Sequence record: OR352938.1
Origin: Escherichia phage AV108
Direction: 5' to 3' (one strand)
Length of the DNA stretch: 64,000 bases
In this document: positions 1 through 10,219 of the stretch, one piece after another
Layout: each line of letters starts with the position of its first letter
How positions within the stretch are numbered: the first letter of the stretch is position 1
Made by a program: the position numbers and the translations under genes
The notes under the pieces: model-generated
What the model was told of the DNA's origin: nothing
Database searches by the model: none
Seen by the model: the letters and a program-made list of their open reading frames with translations, nothing else

Positions 1-1937
1 TGTTTACCGAAATTATCAAGGAAGTCAACAAGTTTTTCGGTATCATCGAAACGGTCTTCCCCGCCAACCTTATCAACAACATTGTTAACCAGCACATAAA
101 CGGAGTCAGTATCACAATAACGAACATATGCAAAATCAGTTGTTCCACAAAGCTCGTTTAAGTATTCGTTAATCTTACGCTCAATCCACTGAATTGCAAG
201 CTGACCGAACAGTGTGATCGCACTAGCGTTACGGAGATCATAAAAACGGAATTTAGGATTCCCCAACGCACCATAAAGGGAGTTGATCAAAACTTTTCGA
301 GAAAGCTGGTTTGTATTGCACAAGATCGACTCGTCTTTACATTCTTCCAGCAATTTCTCTAAGGCATCTTTACTTAATGCAGAAAGCATCGATTTAAACG
401 CTTCATCAAAGTCGTGACGCACTTCAACGCTATAGCTAATGGTTCCCCCATAAACATGATTTTCATCGTGTAGAATCGCTTTACATAGTTCAGCATTGCG
501 ATCACATGCCAACATCATGTTTTTGTACTGCTTGCGCTGGTCGAATACCTTTTTAATCTCAATCGGTACGATACCATGAATATCTTTTCGATACATCCAC
601 CCGTTAGGCGAGCAAGAATACTCATCACTCGGACGTGGTGCAGTTTTATTGATATATTCGTGCATCGGTGCAGCATCAAAAGATCCAGCGATTGTTTCAG
701 GCGAAATATTAACCTGTCGAATAATAGATGGGTACAGACTTGTTAAGTCAAAGCTCATCATCCAACGGTAAGCATTCGGCACAGGTTCTTTTACGAATGC
801 GCCCGGATAGGTCTGCTTAGGCTGTATCTTGTTCTCTGGTACTACTTTACCCTCAGCTTTCAGAGATCCGAAGATAATAGCATCCCATACTTTCATCGGG
901 TTATAAACATGGTTAAATTTAATCTTTGCATAGAAACATAGGCTATACACCAGATCAATAAAACCACGCTTTTTATCAATCGCCAGAACACGATCAACGT
1001 CGCCGATGTTATAATCGATGTAAAGTTGATGGTTGTCATCACGCAATTTCTTTAACGGACCATCATAATCAACCTTACCTATTCCGGTCTCATATTCAGC
1101 AACATAATCTAAGGCATATGTTGGTTGAGTCGTAAAGCTAAATTTCTTGTATAAGTCAATGTAATCAAGGCTTTCGATCCCCATGATCGTAAAGGCTTCA
1201 CGCTCGTTGCCAAAATCATCCTGTGAGATTCGGGATTTAATCTTACCGCACGGGCTTAGACGGTTGGCGGTTCTACTTCCGAACTTATTACTGATACGTT
1301 TAATGATATACGGAATATCGAATGTTTCTGTGTTCCAGCCAGTGAAACCAACGGGTCGGTTTTCCTCAAAGAATCGGATGTATTCTAACAGCAATTCATC
1401 TTCTGTGTCATAAACGTTATAAACAACGCGCTCTACAATATCAGGTCGAAGAATAGACTTGCTTGCTTCCCAGATTTCACCGTTTTTTCCTTTCAAATCA
1501 AATACAAAGAAACGATCATGTACGGAATCATAATGCGTAATTGCATCGATAGGATATTTCGCTTCTTCTGGTTTAGGAAATTCCGGTGCAGTGACCTCGA
1601 TATCAACCCATGCTACACGGATTTTATTTCGGTCATATCGAATCTCGCCTTTATATGTATCGGACAGATAGGAGATGATAAAATCATCCATCCCTAGTGC
1701 CTCCTGCCCCATTTCTCCCATCTTTTTACGCCATTTGTTGGCCTCGTTCATAGATGGGAATTTTTTAGCAATGCAAGGCTTGCCATAGATATCTTTATAA
1801 TTCGTAACCATACCAGGCGCGGCATGATGAAATAAAGTTGGCGTATATTCAACGTAACGCTCTTGTTCTTGTCCAGCATCATCAATATAACGCTCGTAGA
1901 TCTTATCACCCACTCGCTCACATGACAGAAAATACAT
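1..1937 (-). CDS. 43: DNA polymerase gp43 (family B), N-terminal ~645 aa; gene continues beyond window start
   Basis: Long minus-strand reading frame from ATG ~1937 (MYFLSCERVGDKIYERYID...) colinear with T4 gp43 N-terminus (remembered sequence); GAAGGAG RBS upstream; runs off the window edge. Confidence 0.9.
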   Translation of the reverse strand, partial: MYFLSCERVGDKIYERYIDDAGQEQERYVEYTPTLFHHAAPGMVTNYKDIYGKPCIAKKFPSMNEANKWRKKMGEMGQEALGMDDFIISYLSDTYKGEIRYDRNKIRVAWVDIEVTAPEFPKPEEAKYPIDAITHYDSVHDRFFVFDLKGKNGEIWEASKSILRPDIVERVVYNVYDTEDELLLEYIRFFEENRPVGFTGWNTETFDIPYIIKRISNKFGSRTANRLSPCGKIKSRISQDDFGNEREAFTIMGIESLDYIDLYKKFSFTTQPTYALDYVAEYETGIGKVDYDGPLKKLRDDNHQLYIDYNIGDVDRVLAIDKKRGFIDLVYSLCFYAKIKFNHVYNPMKVWDAIIFGSLKAEGKVVPENKIQPKQTYPGAFVKEPVPNAYRWMMSFDLTSLYPSIIRQVNISPETIAGSFDAAPMHEYINKTAPRPSDEYSCSPNGWMYRKDIHGIVPIEIKKVFDQRKQYKNMMLACDRNAELCKAILHDENHVYGGTISYSVEVRHDFDEAFKSMLSALSKDALEKLLEECKDESILCNTNQLSRKVLINSLYGALGNPKFRFYDLRNASAITLFGQLAIQWIERKINEYLNELCGTTDFAYVRYCDTDSVYVLVNNVVDKVGGEDRFDDTEKLVDFLDNFGK

Positions 1938-1969
1938 AATATAAACTCCTTCACTTACGAAAGACACTC

Positions 1970-1998
1970 ATTATAGGGGAATCGACTTAGTTTGTCAA
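1970..1998 (-). promoter_or_regulatory. sigma70-type early promoter upstream of gene 43 (TTGACA-N17-TATAAT)
   Basis: Minus-strand reading: TTGACA aactaagtcgattcccc TATAAT, about 40 nt upstream of the gp43 ATG. Confidence 0.5.
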
Positions 1999-2019
1999 TA
2001 CCCCTATCCCATCAGTATC

Positions 2020-2382
2020 TTAGCGTCCGATCTGATATTTCTCGATCAGCGTCCACTCTTCTTTCTGTTTGAAAGACAGTACACGGAAATTATTAACTTC
2101 GGTAGTTTCAAAATCACTATCAATCAGGGTACACAGATTCCACTGCGCAAGAAGTTTTGCAATGTTATTACGGCGCAATTCATCTTCCCACGTCATCTTA
2201 ACACTACGACCATCTAATTTCAACAACTCCTTGAAATGAACGATGTAATAGCGCCCTTTCTTCTGGAGAATATGACAAGACTGATACAGAGTCTTGTCTC
2301 GATTGTTGGCAATGCCGCAGCGGGTTAAAGTCTCCTTAATTTTAAGGAAGTTTTCAGGACTAATCAAATTAATTTCAATCAT
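2020..2382 (-). CDS. regA: Translational repressor RegA
   Basis: 120 aa, MIEINLISPENFLKIKETLTRCGIANN...FRVLSFKQKEEW; near-colinear with T4 RegA; conserved position between 43 and 62. Confidence 0.85.
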   Translation of the reverse strand: MIEINLISPENFLKIKETLTRCGIANNRDKTLYQSCHILQKKGRYYIVHFKELLKLDGRSVKMTWEDELRRNNIAKLLAQWNLCTLIDSDFETTEVNNFRVLSFKQKEEWTLIEKYQIGR

Positions 2383-2383
2383 T

Positions 2384-2962
2384 TTACCACCTTTCTATAA
2401 TCTTTTTAAGTCGTTTCCTTTCTGTCTGATTCTTAGTAACACCCGCCAAAAGTTCATCGGTCGCATACGGTTTAATGTGCTTCAATAACTTGTCCATATA
2501 TCCCTTTTCATTAGCCAAATCGAGATAAAACCTGGCGTCATCCATATTTACACAATATGCTTTCGCCACTGCCATTAAAACCAATTTTTGGTCCAATTCT
2601 TCTGTTAGTTTAGCCCATTTACCGTATCGTTTCCCCTTAGAAATACTCTGTAAGAGATAATCAAAATGCATTTGATCTGGGAGGCCATGACCGATTAAAT
2701 TCATCACATACGAGCTATATAGGCAATCTGCGTGCTGGGAAAGAGCGGTGTTAATCCATCTCTGGTTATATGCAGAATTATTCCCAACATTAACGCGCTG
2801 TTTATCTAAGGTGATATGATCCATCAGAGCAAATAATGCATTGTCGGTTTTCTCGGTGAACGTGTCCGCTAGTTCAGACACTTTTTCCCAATCACGAGAG
2901 CGCCATGCAATTTCATGCTCGTTTAATTGTGTATCATCTTCACCGAAAAATTGACCTAACAT
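2384..2962 (-). CDS. 62: Clamp loader small subunit gp62
   Basis: 192 aa; QLNEHEIAW...YGKWAKL motifs match T4 gp62; synteny 45-44-62-regA-43. Confidence 0.8.
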   Translation of the reverse strand: MLGQFFGEDDTQLNEHEIAWRSRDWEKVSELADTFTEKTDNALFALMDHITLDKQRVNVGNNSAYNQRWINTALSQHADCLYSSYVMNLIGHGLPDQMHFDYLLQSISKGKRYGKWAKLTEELDQKLVLMAVAKAYCVNMDDARFYLDLANEKGYMDKLLKHIKPYATDELLAGVTKNQTERKRLKKIIERW

Positions 2963-3936
2963 TATACGAACTCCAATTCAACCATTAATTGCATTAACAA
3001 AAAGACAATGTGAATCTCTTTATCAGCCGCGTGCGCAAACATCTGATTATTTTCACCGATAATCTCAGTGAGACGAATAATAGAAGCTGGCTTAACTTGA
3101 GTATACAACTCATTATAAAGTTTCTTGACAAATTGAGCGTATGTATTGGTATAGCGTGGCGCGAGTTTACGCACATTAGCAAACTGTTTAGTTTTAAGTG
3201 CTTCCACCACATCGGTTACTTCGGTATTGCTACTTTCGATAACCATGCTCAATACGCCAGCATCAATTTTACCATGTTTAGCGTAGCGGTCCAAAAGTTT
3301 CATTACGCGCCGGAAGTCTGGGAAGTTCTGCTTAACCAGTTCCGCCAATACGCGCATTTCTTCTACTGGCACACCTTCTTTATCAAGAATTGCTTTACAC
3401 CGGACGATCATTTCTTTCATCATGCGAAGCTGATCATCTTTAGTCGGAGATCCAAACGTGATGGGATCAAATCGAGATCGTAACGCCGGGATAATACCTT
3501 CTAGATCGTTTGCTGTGATAATGAATGTTACATTGTTTGAGTATGCCTCAGAGAAACTACGCAAGTGTCTTTGAGCGTCAGCCAACCCCGCTCGGTCATA
3601 CTCATCGATAATAACAACTTTGCCTTTTTCTCGTTTTTCTTCATCGAGTGATACACTCTGCGCAAAGCGTGTAATCTCATCGCGGATAAAATCAATCTTA
3701 CAATCTGCGCCGTTAACAAACAGATAATCAACACCCACATCTTCGCAAAGCGCCTTAGCAACGGTTGTTTTACCAGTACCCGGCGATGGGCTATGCAGAA
3801 TCATTGAAGGGATTCGGCCTTGCTTAACAATCTGCGCGAAGATCTTTTTATCTGCTTCCGGCAGAATACATTCAGAAATTGATTTCGGACGGTATTTCTG
3901 TTCCCACTGAAACTCATTTTCATTAACACTCAGCAT
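2962..3936 (-). CDS. 44: Clamp loader large subunit gp44 (AAA+ ATPase)
   Basis: Walker A SPSPGTGKTT, Walker B VIIDEYD, EQKYRP N-terminus as in T4 gp44; start placed at MLSVNENEF with GAGGTGA RBS (track start 3951 is inside the RBS). Confidence 0.9.
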   Translation of the reverse strand: MLSVNENEFQWEQKYRPKSISECILPEADKKIFAQIVKQGRIPSMILHSPSPGTGKTTVAKALCEDVGVDYLFVNGADCKIDFIRDEITRFAQSVSLDEEKREKGKVVIIDEYDRAGLADAQRHLRSFSEAYSNNVTFIITANDLEGIIPALRSRFDPITFGSPTKDDQLRMMKEMIVRCKAILDKEGVPVEEMRVLAELVKQNFPDFRRVMKLLDRYAKHGKIDAGVLSMVIESSNTEVTDVVEALKTKQFANVRKLAPRYTNTYAQFVKKLYNELYTQVKPASIIRLTEIIGENNQMFAHAADKEIHIVFLLMQLMVELEFV

Positions 3937-3963
3937 ATAATCACCTCTCACAAATTACATCAT

Positions 3964-3989
3964 TAAAAAGGGGAGTATTTACACTCCCC
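3964..3989 (-). terminator. Rho-independent terminator between genes 45 and 44
   Basis: Minus-strand GGGGAGTGTAAATACTCCCC hairpin followed by TTTTT. Confidence 0.55.
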
Positions 3990-4001
3990 ACAAACATTAT
4001 A

Positions 4002-4688
4002 TTAGTCGGTGTAGCTGGAGTCAAGGTCACACGCGATCATATAAGATACGGTTTCACTTGCCAGCCATACAGCCTTACGGCGAGTGAAGCTCAGTTTGTA
4101 ATCGCCGAAGTCAGTAGCAACCAGTTTCATGTTATCTTTACGAATAAAGAAATGGAAGTCTGCGGTTCCGGTATATTCGCCCATATCAAGACAAAACATC
4201 TCATTAGGATTATTTTTGTCAATCTCTTCCCAACCTTTGATCATCAGACGACCATCAATCGGAAGAAATTCAAGGCGATCCACTTTAAGCTGATTGCTCA
4301 TTTTCATAAGCTGTTTCAGATCGTCGTTGCTCAGTTCGTAATCTACATCGCTTGCAGGTGGAGTAACTCGGCCTTTCGGTGATACGATAGCAGCAGCACT
4401 AGCACCTGGATAATTAATTTTCAGACGATCATTAGACACACGAATGTTACCAGTGCGGTCATCAACCGTAATATCTGCTTCATCGCCTACCAGATTCAGA
4501 ATACCCAAGAAAGAGTTAAGATCATAGATCCCAATTTCGTGTTCCAGTTCTTGATTCAGAGTCGCTTCACCATAGACAACGTTTGTCATGTTTTTGGTGA
4601 TCAGGACGTTTCCTTTTTTCAGGATGATACCTGGGTTAATAGCGGAAAAGTTTTTCAGGGTAGCAATGGTTTCTTTAGTCAGTTTCAT
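4002..4688 (-). CDS. 45: Sliding clamp gp45
   Basis: MKLTKETIATLKNF... matches T4 gp45 N-terminus and length (228 aa); ATG at 4688 with GGTGA RBS (track start 4691 is TTG). Confidence 0.85.
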   Translation of the reverse strand: MKLTKETIATLKNFSAINPGIILKKGNVLITKNMTNVVYGEATLNQELEHEIGIYDLNSFLGILNLVGDEADITVDDRTGNIRVSNDRLKINYPGASAAAIVSPKGRVTPPASDVDYELSNDDLKQLMKMSNQLKVDRLEFLPIDGRLMIKGWEEIDKNNPNEMFCLDMGEYTGTADFHFFIRKDNMKLVATDFGDYKLSFTRRKAVWLASETVSYMIACDLDSSYTD

Positions 4689-4718
4689 CAAATCACCTTT
4701 ATCATGTTAATCAATTAA

Positions 4719-5111
4719 TTACGGGTTTACTTCGTGCTCATTTTGAATCTTTAGCATTCTTTCGATAAATTTTTTCTCGGCTTCCTTGTCGGATGAGTGA
4801 GTATACTTCAATCCAATGTAAGCTGTCAAGTATTGTTGCAGAGCATAGACAGTAACAGGATTCTTTGCGGTCTTTTTGCCGTCGAGATATACCAGATCAC
4901 CACGAACATCAAACGCAAGTTTACGACGAATCACATCATCAACAAATTTATCTAGAACAAAATACCACTCAATACACTCTATCCCGTGACGGTAGTTCAT
5001 TACATCATTATCTTTGATATAGTCAAACGGAATATGACATAATTTACTATTTTGTAGGATGAATAGCATTTGTTCTTTTAAGCTCATACGTTTCATTCTA
5101 TCACTTCCCAT
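4719..5111 (-). CDS. RpbA-like RNA polymerase-binding protein (by synteny only)
   Basis: ~130 aa ORF immediately downstream of gene 45 as rpbA in T4; start uncertain (TTG/ATG alternatives). Confidence 0.35.
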   Translation of the reverse strand: MGSDRMKRMSLKEQMLFILQNSKLCHIPFDYIKDNDVMNYRHGIECIEWYFVLDKFVDDVIRRKLAFDVRGDLVYLDGKKTAKNPVTVYALQQYLTAYIGLKYTHSSDKEAEKKFIERMLKIQNEHEVNP

Positions 5112-5478
5112 CAGCAATTGCGATCAGACGAGTTACTACTACGCTAGCGGCTTCAATCAGCAGTTCATCAGTGTCAATCTGATAACCTTTTTCGAGAATA
5201 TCTTTACCTCGAACAGTTTTAGAGCCTTTAGCAATTGAATCATCGTAATACTTGCGCATTGCAGCGATCCATTCTTTTTGCACCATATCATCAATATGCG
5301 CGTACAGTTCAAAGCGTGTTTGCTGCGGGATAACCTTCATTTTAGCTTTCTCGCTTTCCGGCATTTGTAGTACCCACGCTTTACGGATCTTGTTCATTGC
5401 TCGGTCAAATTCGAGGCTGGTTTTCTTGTTCTGAATGTCTGCTACAGTAATTTTAGCCAGGTTTGCGGAAGTAGTCAT
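5101..5478 (-). CDS. Hypothetical protein
   Basis: Track ORF; ATG at 5478 preceded by GGAG RBS. Confidence 0.5.
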   Translation of the reverse strand: MTTSANLAKITVADIQNKKTSLEFDRAMNKIRKAWVLQMPESEKAKMKVIPQQTRFELYAHIDDMVQKEWIAAMRKYYDDSIAKGSKTVRGKDILEKGYQIDTDELLIEAASVVVTRLIAIADGK

Positions 5479-5508
5479 AATATTAATCTCCAAAATAAAA
5501 TCAGTATA

Positions 5509-5739
5509 TCACGTTCTAAAGTTTGTTGCAACCCCAGCATCAGGGTAATCAAGTTTATCAAAGTTGGGGACCAGCATAAACTCATGATGACGACAAGACA
5601 ACATTTTTGTTATGTCTTCATCGCTGTATATGCTGTTTTTCATATCCCCCATACTAACTACATATTCTTCACCGGAATATAGATTGATTAAGGTATACAA
5701 TTCTAACTCCGGCTGCGTTACTCTGTCAAATGTTAACAT
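5509..5739 (-). CDS. Hypothetical protein (76 aa)
   Basis: Track ORF in operon orientation, compact spacing. Confidence 0.45.
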   Translation of the reverse strand: MLTFDRVTQPELELYTLINLYSGEEYVVSMGDMKNSIYSDEDITKMLSCRHHEFMLVPNFDKLDYPDAGVATNFRT

Positions 5740-7408
5740 TCATTTCAGTGAATCGCCCACGTTTAACCATCTTGAGATGACGGCTAAAATCATCAGGGTT
5801 ATGGTCACGATGGCTGATAATATACACGTTATCATCTAACTTGTCAATGATGGAATCAAGTGCTTTTACGCCTTGAACGTCCGTAGCCCCATCATAAATT
5901 TCGTCGAGTACCAACAAAGAAATATTAGTACCAGATACTTTACCAGCAACATCACGCCATGTAAAGAGCATCGCAAGGTCAATACGTGCTTTTTCGCCTT
6001 GACTGAATGATGTATACGAAAACGATTCACGCCCCCGTGATTTGATTGTTTCGTTAAACTCTTCATCTAGCGTAAAGATATAATCCGCTTCCATGATATC
6101 TAGATAATACGCAATCCGATCATTGAAATATGGAATATATTTCTTGACGATAGACGCCTTAACACCGGAATCCTTCAACATTTCTGTTACAAATCCACGA
6201 TGATATTTTTCAAGAACTAGCTTTGATTTTTCATTAGTAATCTCTACCAGTTCGTGTTCCAGTTTAGCAAGTTCTTCGGAATTGTCAACCCTTTCTTTTT
6301 GTAATTCCTGAATTGCTTTCTGGATCTGTTTAGCCCGACCTACAGATGCCGTTAAATTCGCTCTCAGTGACTCTATAGCGCGTTTAATTTCCAAGACCTT
6401 AGTTTGTGCTGTCTGGAAAGAATTGGCTTTCTCTGCGTATTCTACGCGTTTCTCGTCAATCAGAGACAGTTTATGTTCTGCTTGTGCTTTTTGTTCGCGT
6501 ACAGCTTGATCATTACCCTGAATGATCGGTTGTGTGCACGTAGGACAGATCCCGCCTTTCTCGTGCATATGGATAACACGATCAAAGTTCTGGATCTGTG
6601 CACCAATCTGTGCGATAGCCGTATTAATTTTAGCCAATGTCGCGCTAGGATCTTCCGGCATAACAGCAGCCAATAGCTCATCGGTCAAGCGCGTTTCTTC
6701 GGCTTTAAACGCTTTAGCTGATTCTACTTCTTTCTCGTACATATTCTGCAAACGCTGTAGATTCTCGGCACTCGCCTTGCTAGCGTCTTCTATGTACTTT
6801 TTATGAGTGTTGATTTGTTGCTGAACGTGATTAGCTTTCATTTCCTGCATTTGGATATTCTGGGTAATCTCGCGCACATACGCTTTATTCAGTTTATCCA
6901 TTTCGCCTAGCGTAGCAATATCAAGCAAATCCTCGACCAGTTTACGGCGACCCGCTGCCGGAAGACTCATAAACGGAACATAACCAGCAGTGCCTAAAAC
7001 AACGATCTGTTTAAAGCTGGCTAGGTTCATGCCTATGATACCTTCAAAATATTCCTGAAAGTCTTTGGTGCTTGCGCTCTCGTCGATCTTTTGACCGTCG
7101 CGATGCACTTCGAATACTTCCGGTTTTTGACCACGTTTGATATAAAACTCTTTCCCGTCCAGTTCAAACCAGACTTCGACTAACAGTTTCTTTTTGTTGA
7201 CGCTGTTAATCAATTGGCCTTTCTTGATACTACGAAACGGTTTACCGAACAACACAAAGCAAAGCGCCTCAATCATGGTCGATTTACCAGCACCGTTAAC
7301 ACCAGTGATTAGTGTCTTTTTGAATCCGTCTAGCTGAATCTCTACAGGTTCAGCACCCACGCTCATTATATTTTGATAGCGCAAGGTTTTAAAATTTAAC
7401 TTTGCCAT
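5726..7408 (-). CDS. 46: Recombination endonuclease subunit gp46 (Rad50/SbcC-like ATPase)
   Basis: Walker A GVNGAGKST, zinc hook CPTC, ABC signature SQGE, Walker B LLVLDE, C-terminal RGRFTEM; colinear with T4 gp46; start at MAKLNFKTLRYQNIM with GGAG RBS. Confidence 0.85.
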   Translation of the reverse strand: MAKLNFKTLRYQNIMSVGAEPVEIQLDGFKKTLITGVNGAGKSTMIEALCFVLFGKPFRSIKKGQLINSVNKKKLLVEVWFELDGKEFYIKRGQKPEVFEVHRDGQKIDESASTKDFQEYFEGIIGMNLASFKQIVVLGTAGYVPFMSLPAAGRRKLVEDLLDIATLGEMDKLNKAYVREITQNIQMQEMKANHVQQQINTHKKYIEDASKASAENLQRLQNMYEKEVESAKAFKAEETRLTDELLAAVMPEDPSATLAKINTAIAQIGAQIQNFDRVIHMHEKGGICPTCTQPIIQGNDQAVREQKAQAEHKLSLIDEKRVEYAEKANSFQTAQTKVLEIKRAIESLRANLTASVGRAKQIQKAIQELQKERVDNSEELAKLEHELVEITNEKSKLVLEKYHRGFVTEMLKDSGVKASIVKKYIPYFNDRIAYYLDIMEADYIFTLDEEFNETIKSRGRESFSYTSFSQGEKARIDLAMLFTWRDVAGKVSGTNISLLVLDEIYDGATDVQGVKALDSIIDKLDDNVYIISHRDHNPDDFSRHLKMVKRGRFTEMNVNI

Positions 7409-7652
7409 TAATCCACTCCGCAATCACACATTCCATAATATTAAATGCTAACACATCTTCATCAATGTTGTAAACACTTGCCGCCTTCACTTTAACTAAT
7501 GTGTCTCTGCGATCTGGCAGCATGATCACATAATCCAGTGTCGCCGGATCATATGTCATAAAGGGATCAATGTAAATCCCTTTATTCAATGCCAGATATT
7601 CGCGAAGACCTTCTATAACCCTGTGTCTAAGGTAGGTCATCGATAGAATCAT
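7389..7652 (-). CDS. Hypothetical protein (87 aa)
   Basis: Track ORF between 46 and 47; translationally coupled. Confidence 0.45.
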   Translation of the reverse strand: MILSMTYLRHRVIEGLREYLALNKGIYIDPFMTYDPATLDYVIMLPDRRDTLVKVKAASVYNIDEDVLAFNIMECVIAEWINGKVKF

Positions 7653-8239
7653 TTTAGTTTATGTTCCTCTAAAAATTCTTCAATTTCACCTTGCAGGTCT
7701 TCCGCTTGTTGTTCCAGAATATCGCGAAATTCACCTACAGTCAAGCGGTAATCACACTTCACCAGTCGATGCGGGAGAATATACCCTTTATACATTGTCT
7801 CTGACGCTTCCAGGAATACCCCACTATGCATGACAGAGATCCAACCTGTTAACGTCAATGGAGTATTCGGAAAATAATACTTGCTGGATTGTTTCCACTG
7901 GACGAAAGCACCATATACAATAGGATTATATTCACCAACCACACTCTTAATAATGGATTCTACTTTGTCTTTTACAAAGTCGCCAATGTCCATAGTTATC
8001 ATCAACTCTTTTGGATTAATGATTTTAAGGTAACGACGATAGTCATCATCATAATACAGCTTAACTACTGGTTCACCCCACATAGACGAAATATTCGCTT
8101 TCAGATATCCATAAATCGGATTCTTATCATAGGATTGTTTTAGCGTGTAGTTATGCAACAGCGTAATAAAATGTCGCATTACCAGTTTATCTGGATCAAC
8201 CGCGCCCATAGTCGTATTCATAATATGTTCCTTTCTCAA
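7649..8239 (-). CDS. Hypothetical protein (~190 aa)
   Basis: Track ORF between 46 and 47; start uncertain (overlaps upstream ORF). Confidence 0.45.
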   Translation of the reverse strand: MRKEHIMNTTMGAVDPDKLVMRHFITLLHNYTLKQSYDKNPIYGYLKANISSMWGEPVVKLYYDDDYRRYLKIINPKELMITMDIGDFVKDKVESIIKSVVGEYNPIVYGAFVQWKQSSKYYFPNTPLTLTGWISVMHSGVFLEASETMYKGYILPHRLVKCDYRLTVGEFRDILEQQAEDLQGEIEEFLEEHKLK

Positions 8240-8513
8240 TGGCTTCTTGTTTCAGGTCTTCTAACATTTCATCAATAGCTTGTTTCAGCATATGACGCAG
8301 AGTAAAGTAGTAGTGTTCATCAAATTCTATTTCCGCGCGAGGAATAGAGCGAAACTTACACTTAACGGTAGTATCAGTGAGTCGCTTTTCGACCATCATC
8401 CGAACTTCTTCATGCTCTTTGGAATACCATACATCAACGGTGATCCCCTTACGTCGAGCAAACATAGGCAATGCCGCATTAAATTCCATTACCTTTTGTG
8501 CAAGTGTTTTCAT
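8196..8513 (-). CDS. Hypothetical protein (105 aa)
   Basis: Track ORF, overlapping stop/start with neighbours. Confidence 0.45.
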   Translation of the reverse strand: MKTLAQKVMEFNAALPMFARRKGITVDVWYSKEHEEVRMMVEKRLTDTTVKCKFRSIPRAEIEFDEHYYFTLRHMLKQAIDEMLEDLKQEAIEKGTYYEYDYGRG

Positions 8514-8773
8514 CGTACAGACTCCGTAGATCCACGCGCAATAACATTCTGGGTAATATCAGCAACCTTACGGGATACGATGTTTGTAAGCCCCTCTTTG
8601 GTGATATTTTCACGATCAAATGGGATTTCGTCATGAGTCCACAAACCATAGTTAGATCGAAATGATAGCATATACTGACCATCTCGCACAACCTCAAATA
8701 CATGGATCTTAGTGAATTTCGATAAACCTTCGTTGATTTCTTTCAGTGCATTAGTAATCATAACAACCTCCAA
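8510..8773 (-). CDS. Hypothetical protein (87 aa)
   Basis: Track ORF directly downstream of gene 47. Confidence 0.45.
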   Translation of the reverse strand: MEVVMITNALKEINEGLSKFTKIHVFEVVRDGQYMLSFRSNYGLWTHDEIPFDRENITKEGLTNIVSRKVADITQNVIARGSTESVR

Positions 8774-8814
8774 TCAATTTTAGATAGTATAACGGGGATT
8801 TCTCCCCGCGTCAA

Positions 8815-9840
8815 CTAACTTTTTGCGCTATTTACTTCGGCTAAAAGTTCATCAGAAATACGCTTGACCGCCGCAAGTTCTTCCGGTTCTAGGTTTTGTT
8901 CTTCCAGATATTCATAGACCATCTGAATAGTGCTTTTAACTTCAATAACACCTGTTTCCTGTGATGCGCTACTCTCCAGCTTATGGACCACTTTTAGCTT
9001 GTGCACAACGGCCTCTAACGCGCTTTCTAACTTAGTTAACCCATTATCAGCAACCGTTGCGATAAGACGCACACTAAGCCCCTTAAAGCGTTCTACATCG
9101 ATCTTATCATCTGACGGGTAAGTGATACGCACATGATAAGTTTTGTCATTCTGGATAAACTCTTTTTTGTGTGTATCGGTATCGAATACCCAAAACCCAC
9201 GCGGATCGTTTTCGTCACCCGCCGTTAGTGTGTATGGTGTACCAATATACGTTACGTTACCGCCATCGCTGATAGTATGAAAATGACCAGAAAACACTTC
9301 ACGGTATTTCTTGAGAAAGTCCGCGCTATAACCTTCGGATTTTAGCCCTTTATAGAAATAGTAACCGGACAATTCCCAATGGCCTACACAATATTCGCTG
9401 AATGAGTTTTGAATAAACTCTAAAATCTCTGATTTATTGTCATCGCAAAACCACGGAAACAGATCAAATGATACACCATCAAAGGTAACTGTTTCCGGCT
9501 TATCAATAACTTTAATACAATCATATTGGCTTAACACTTCACGCGGTGCGTTAGGCTGGATCTTGTTTCGTTTAAACATATCATGGTTCCCGACCGTGAT
9601 ATAACAAGTAATACCAGCCTCTTCCAGTAGCGGGATGACCTTAGTACGGTTAAATTTCATGGTTTCATGGGTAATTGCTTTTCGGCAATCAAACCAATCC
9701 CCTGTTTGAATCCATGTCTTAATATTATGCTCTTTGGAGTATTCAACCGCCTTCTTGATGGTATCAAGAATATACTCATGCACCCACGGATCATCGCCAC
9801 CGATACCAGTATGCAGATCACCTAAAAGCAAAATTTTCAT
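8815..9840 (-). CDS. 47: Recombination nuclease subunit gp47 (Mre11/SbcD-like phosphoesterase)
   Basis: MKILLLGDLH, GDWFD, GNHD, GHFH calcineurin-like phosphoesterase motifs; length ~T4 gp47. Confidence 0.85.
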   Translation of the reverse strand: MKILLLGDLHTGIGGDDPWVHEYILDTIKKAVEYSKEHNIKTWIQTGDWFDCRKAITHETMKFNRTKVIPLLEEAGITCYITVGNHDMFKRNKIQPNAPREVLSQYDCIKVIDKPETVTFDGVSFDLFPWFCDDNKSEILEFIQNSFSEYCVGHWELSGYYFYKGLKSEGYSADFLKKYREVFSGHFHTISDGGNVTYIGTPYTLTAGDENDPRGFWVFDTDTHKKEFIQNDKTYHVRITYPSDDKIDVERFKGLSVRLIATVADNGLTKLESALEAVVHKLKVVHKLESSASQETGVIEVKSTIQMVYEYLEEQNLEPEELAAVKRISDELLAEVNSAKS

Positions 9841-9930
9841 AGTCTCTTCCTCTCTTCGTTTTCGATGCTCTCACTATATCACAGAAAAATAAAAAGGGAA
9901 ACCCCTTTCAGAGTCTCCCTTATAAAGCCA

Positions 9931-10218
9931 TTACAGCATACTTAATACCGTTTGCCGTGTACTAATCCACATAGCAGAAAGCAGTTCTGGCGTGTGTGGC
10001 TGTTTGTAGATATCACGTAATTTTCCGATAGCGTAGATATACGCATCACGATTATCATCGATGATAGCTTGTTCAGCCCACCGCTTAAGTCGTGCAATCT
10101 CTCGCGAGTTCTTACGCAAGATCTTTTCCGCTTTCTTAGCGGCTTTAGCCTCTAGTTCTGCTTGTACTTTGTCTACTTCATTCACTGCAATCTTGTCATG
10201 CTGTTCATCGTAAGTCAT
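9931..10218 (-). CDS. Hypothetical protein (95 aa)
   Basis: Track ORF; lysine-rich coiled-coil-like. Confidence 0.4.
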   Translation of the reverse strand: MTYDEQHDKIAVNEVDKVQAELEAKAAKKAEKILRKNSREIARLKRWAEQAIIDDNRDAYIYAIGKLRDIYKQPHTPELLSAMWISTRQTVLSML

Positions 10219-10219
10219 G

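Noticed and set aside
1748-1954. 68-aa ORF beginning MKEF..., superficially like the T4 gp43 N-terminus MKEFY
   Set aside because: It starts at a GTG in a different frame; the real gp43 frame starts at the ATG ~1937 (MYFLSCERVGDKIYERYID) and continues for over 640 codons. The MKEF resemblance is coincidental.
3010-3483. Plus-strand ORFs inside minus-strand genes (also 1183-1413, 2294-2488, 10323-10835, 16165-16473, 17146-17535, 19481-19870, 19931-20290 and others)
   Set aside because: Antisense to well-supported genes (44, 43, 55, nrdD, paralog family), low-complexity translations, no RBS; typical six-frame noise.
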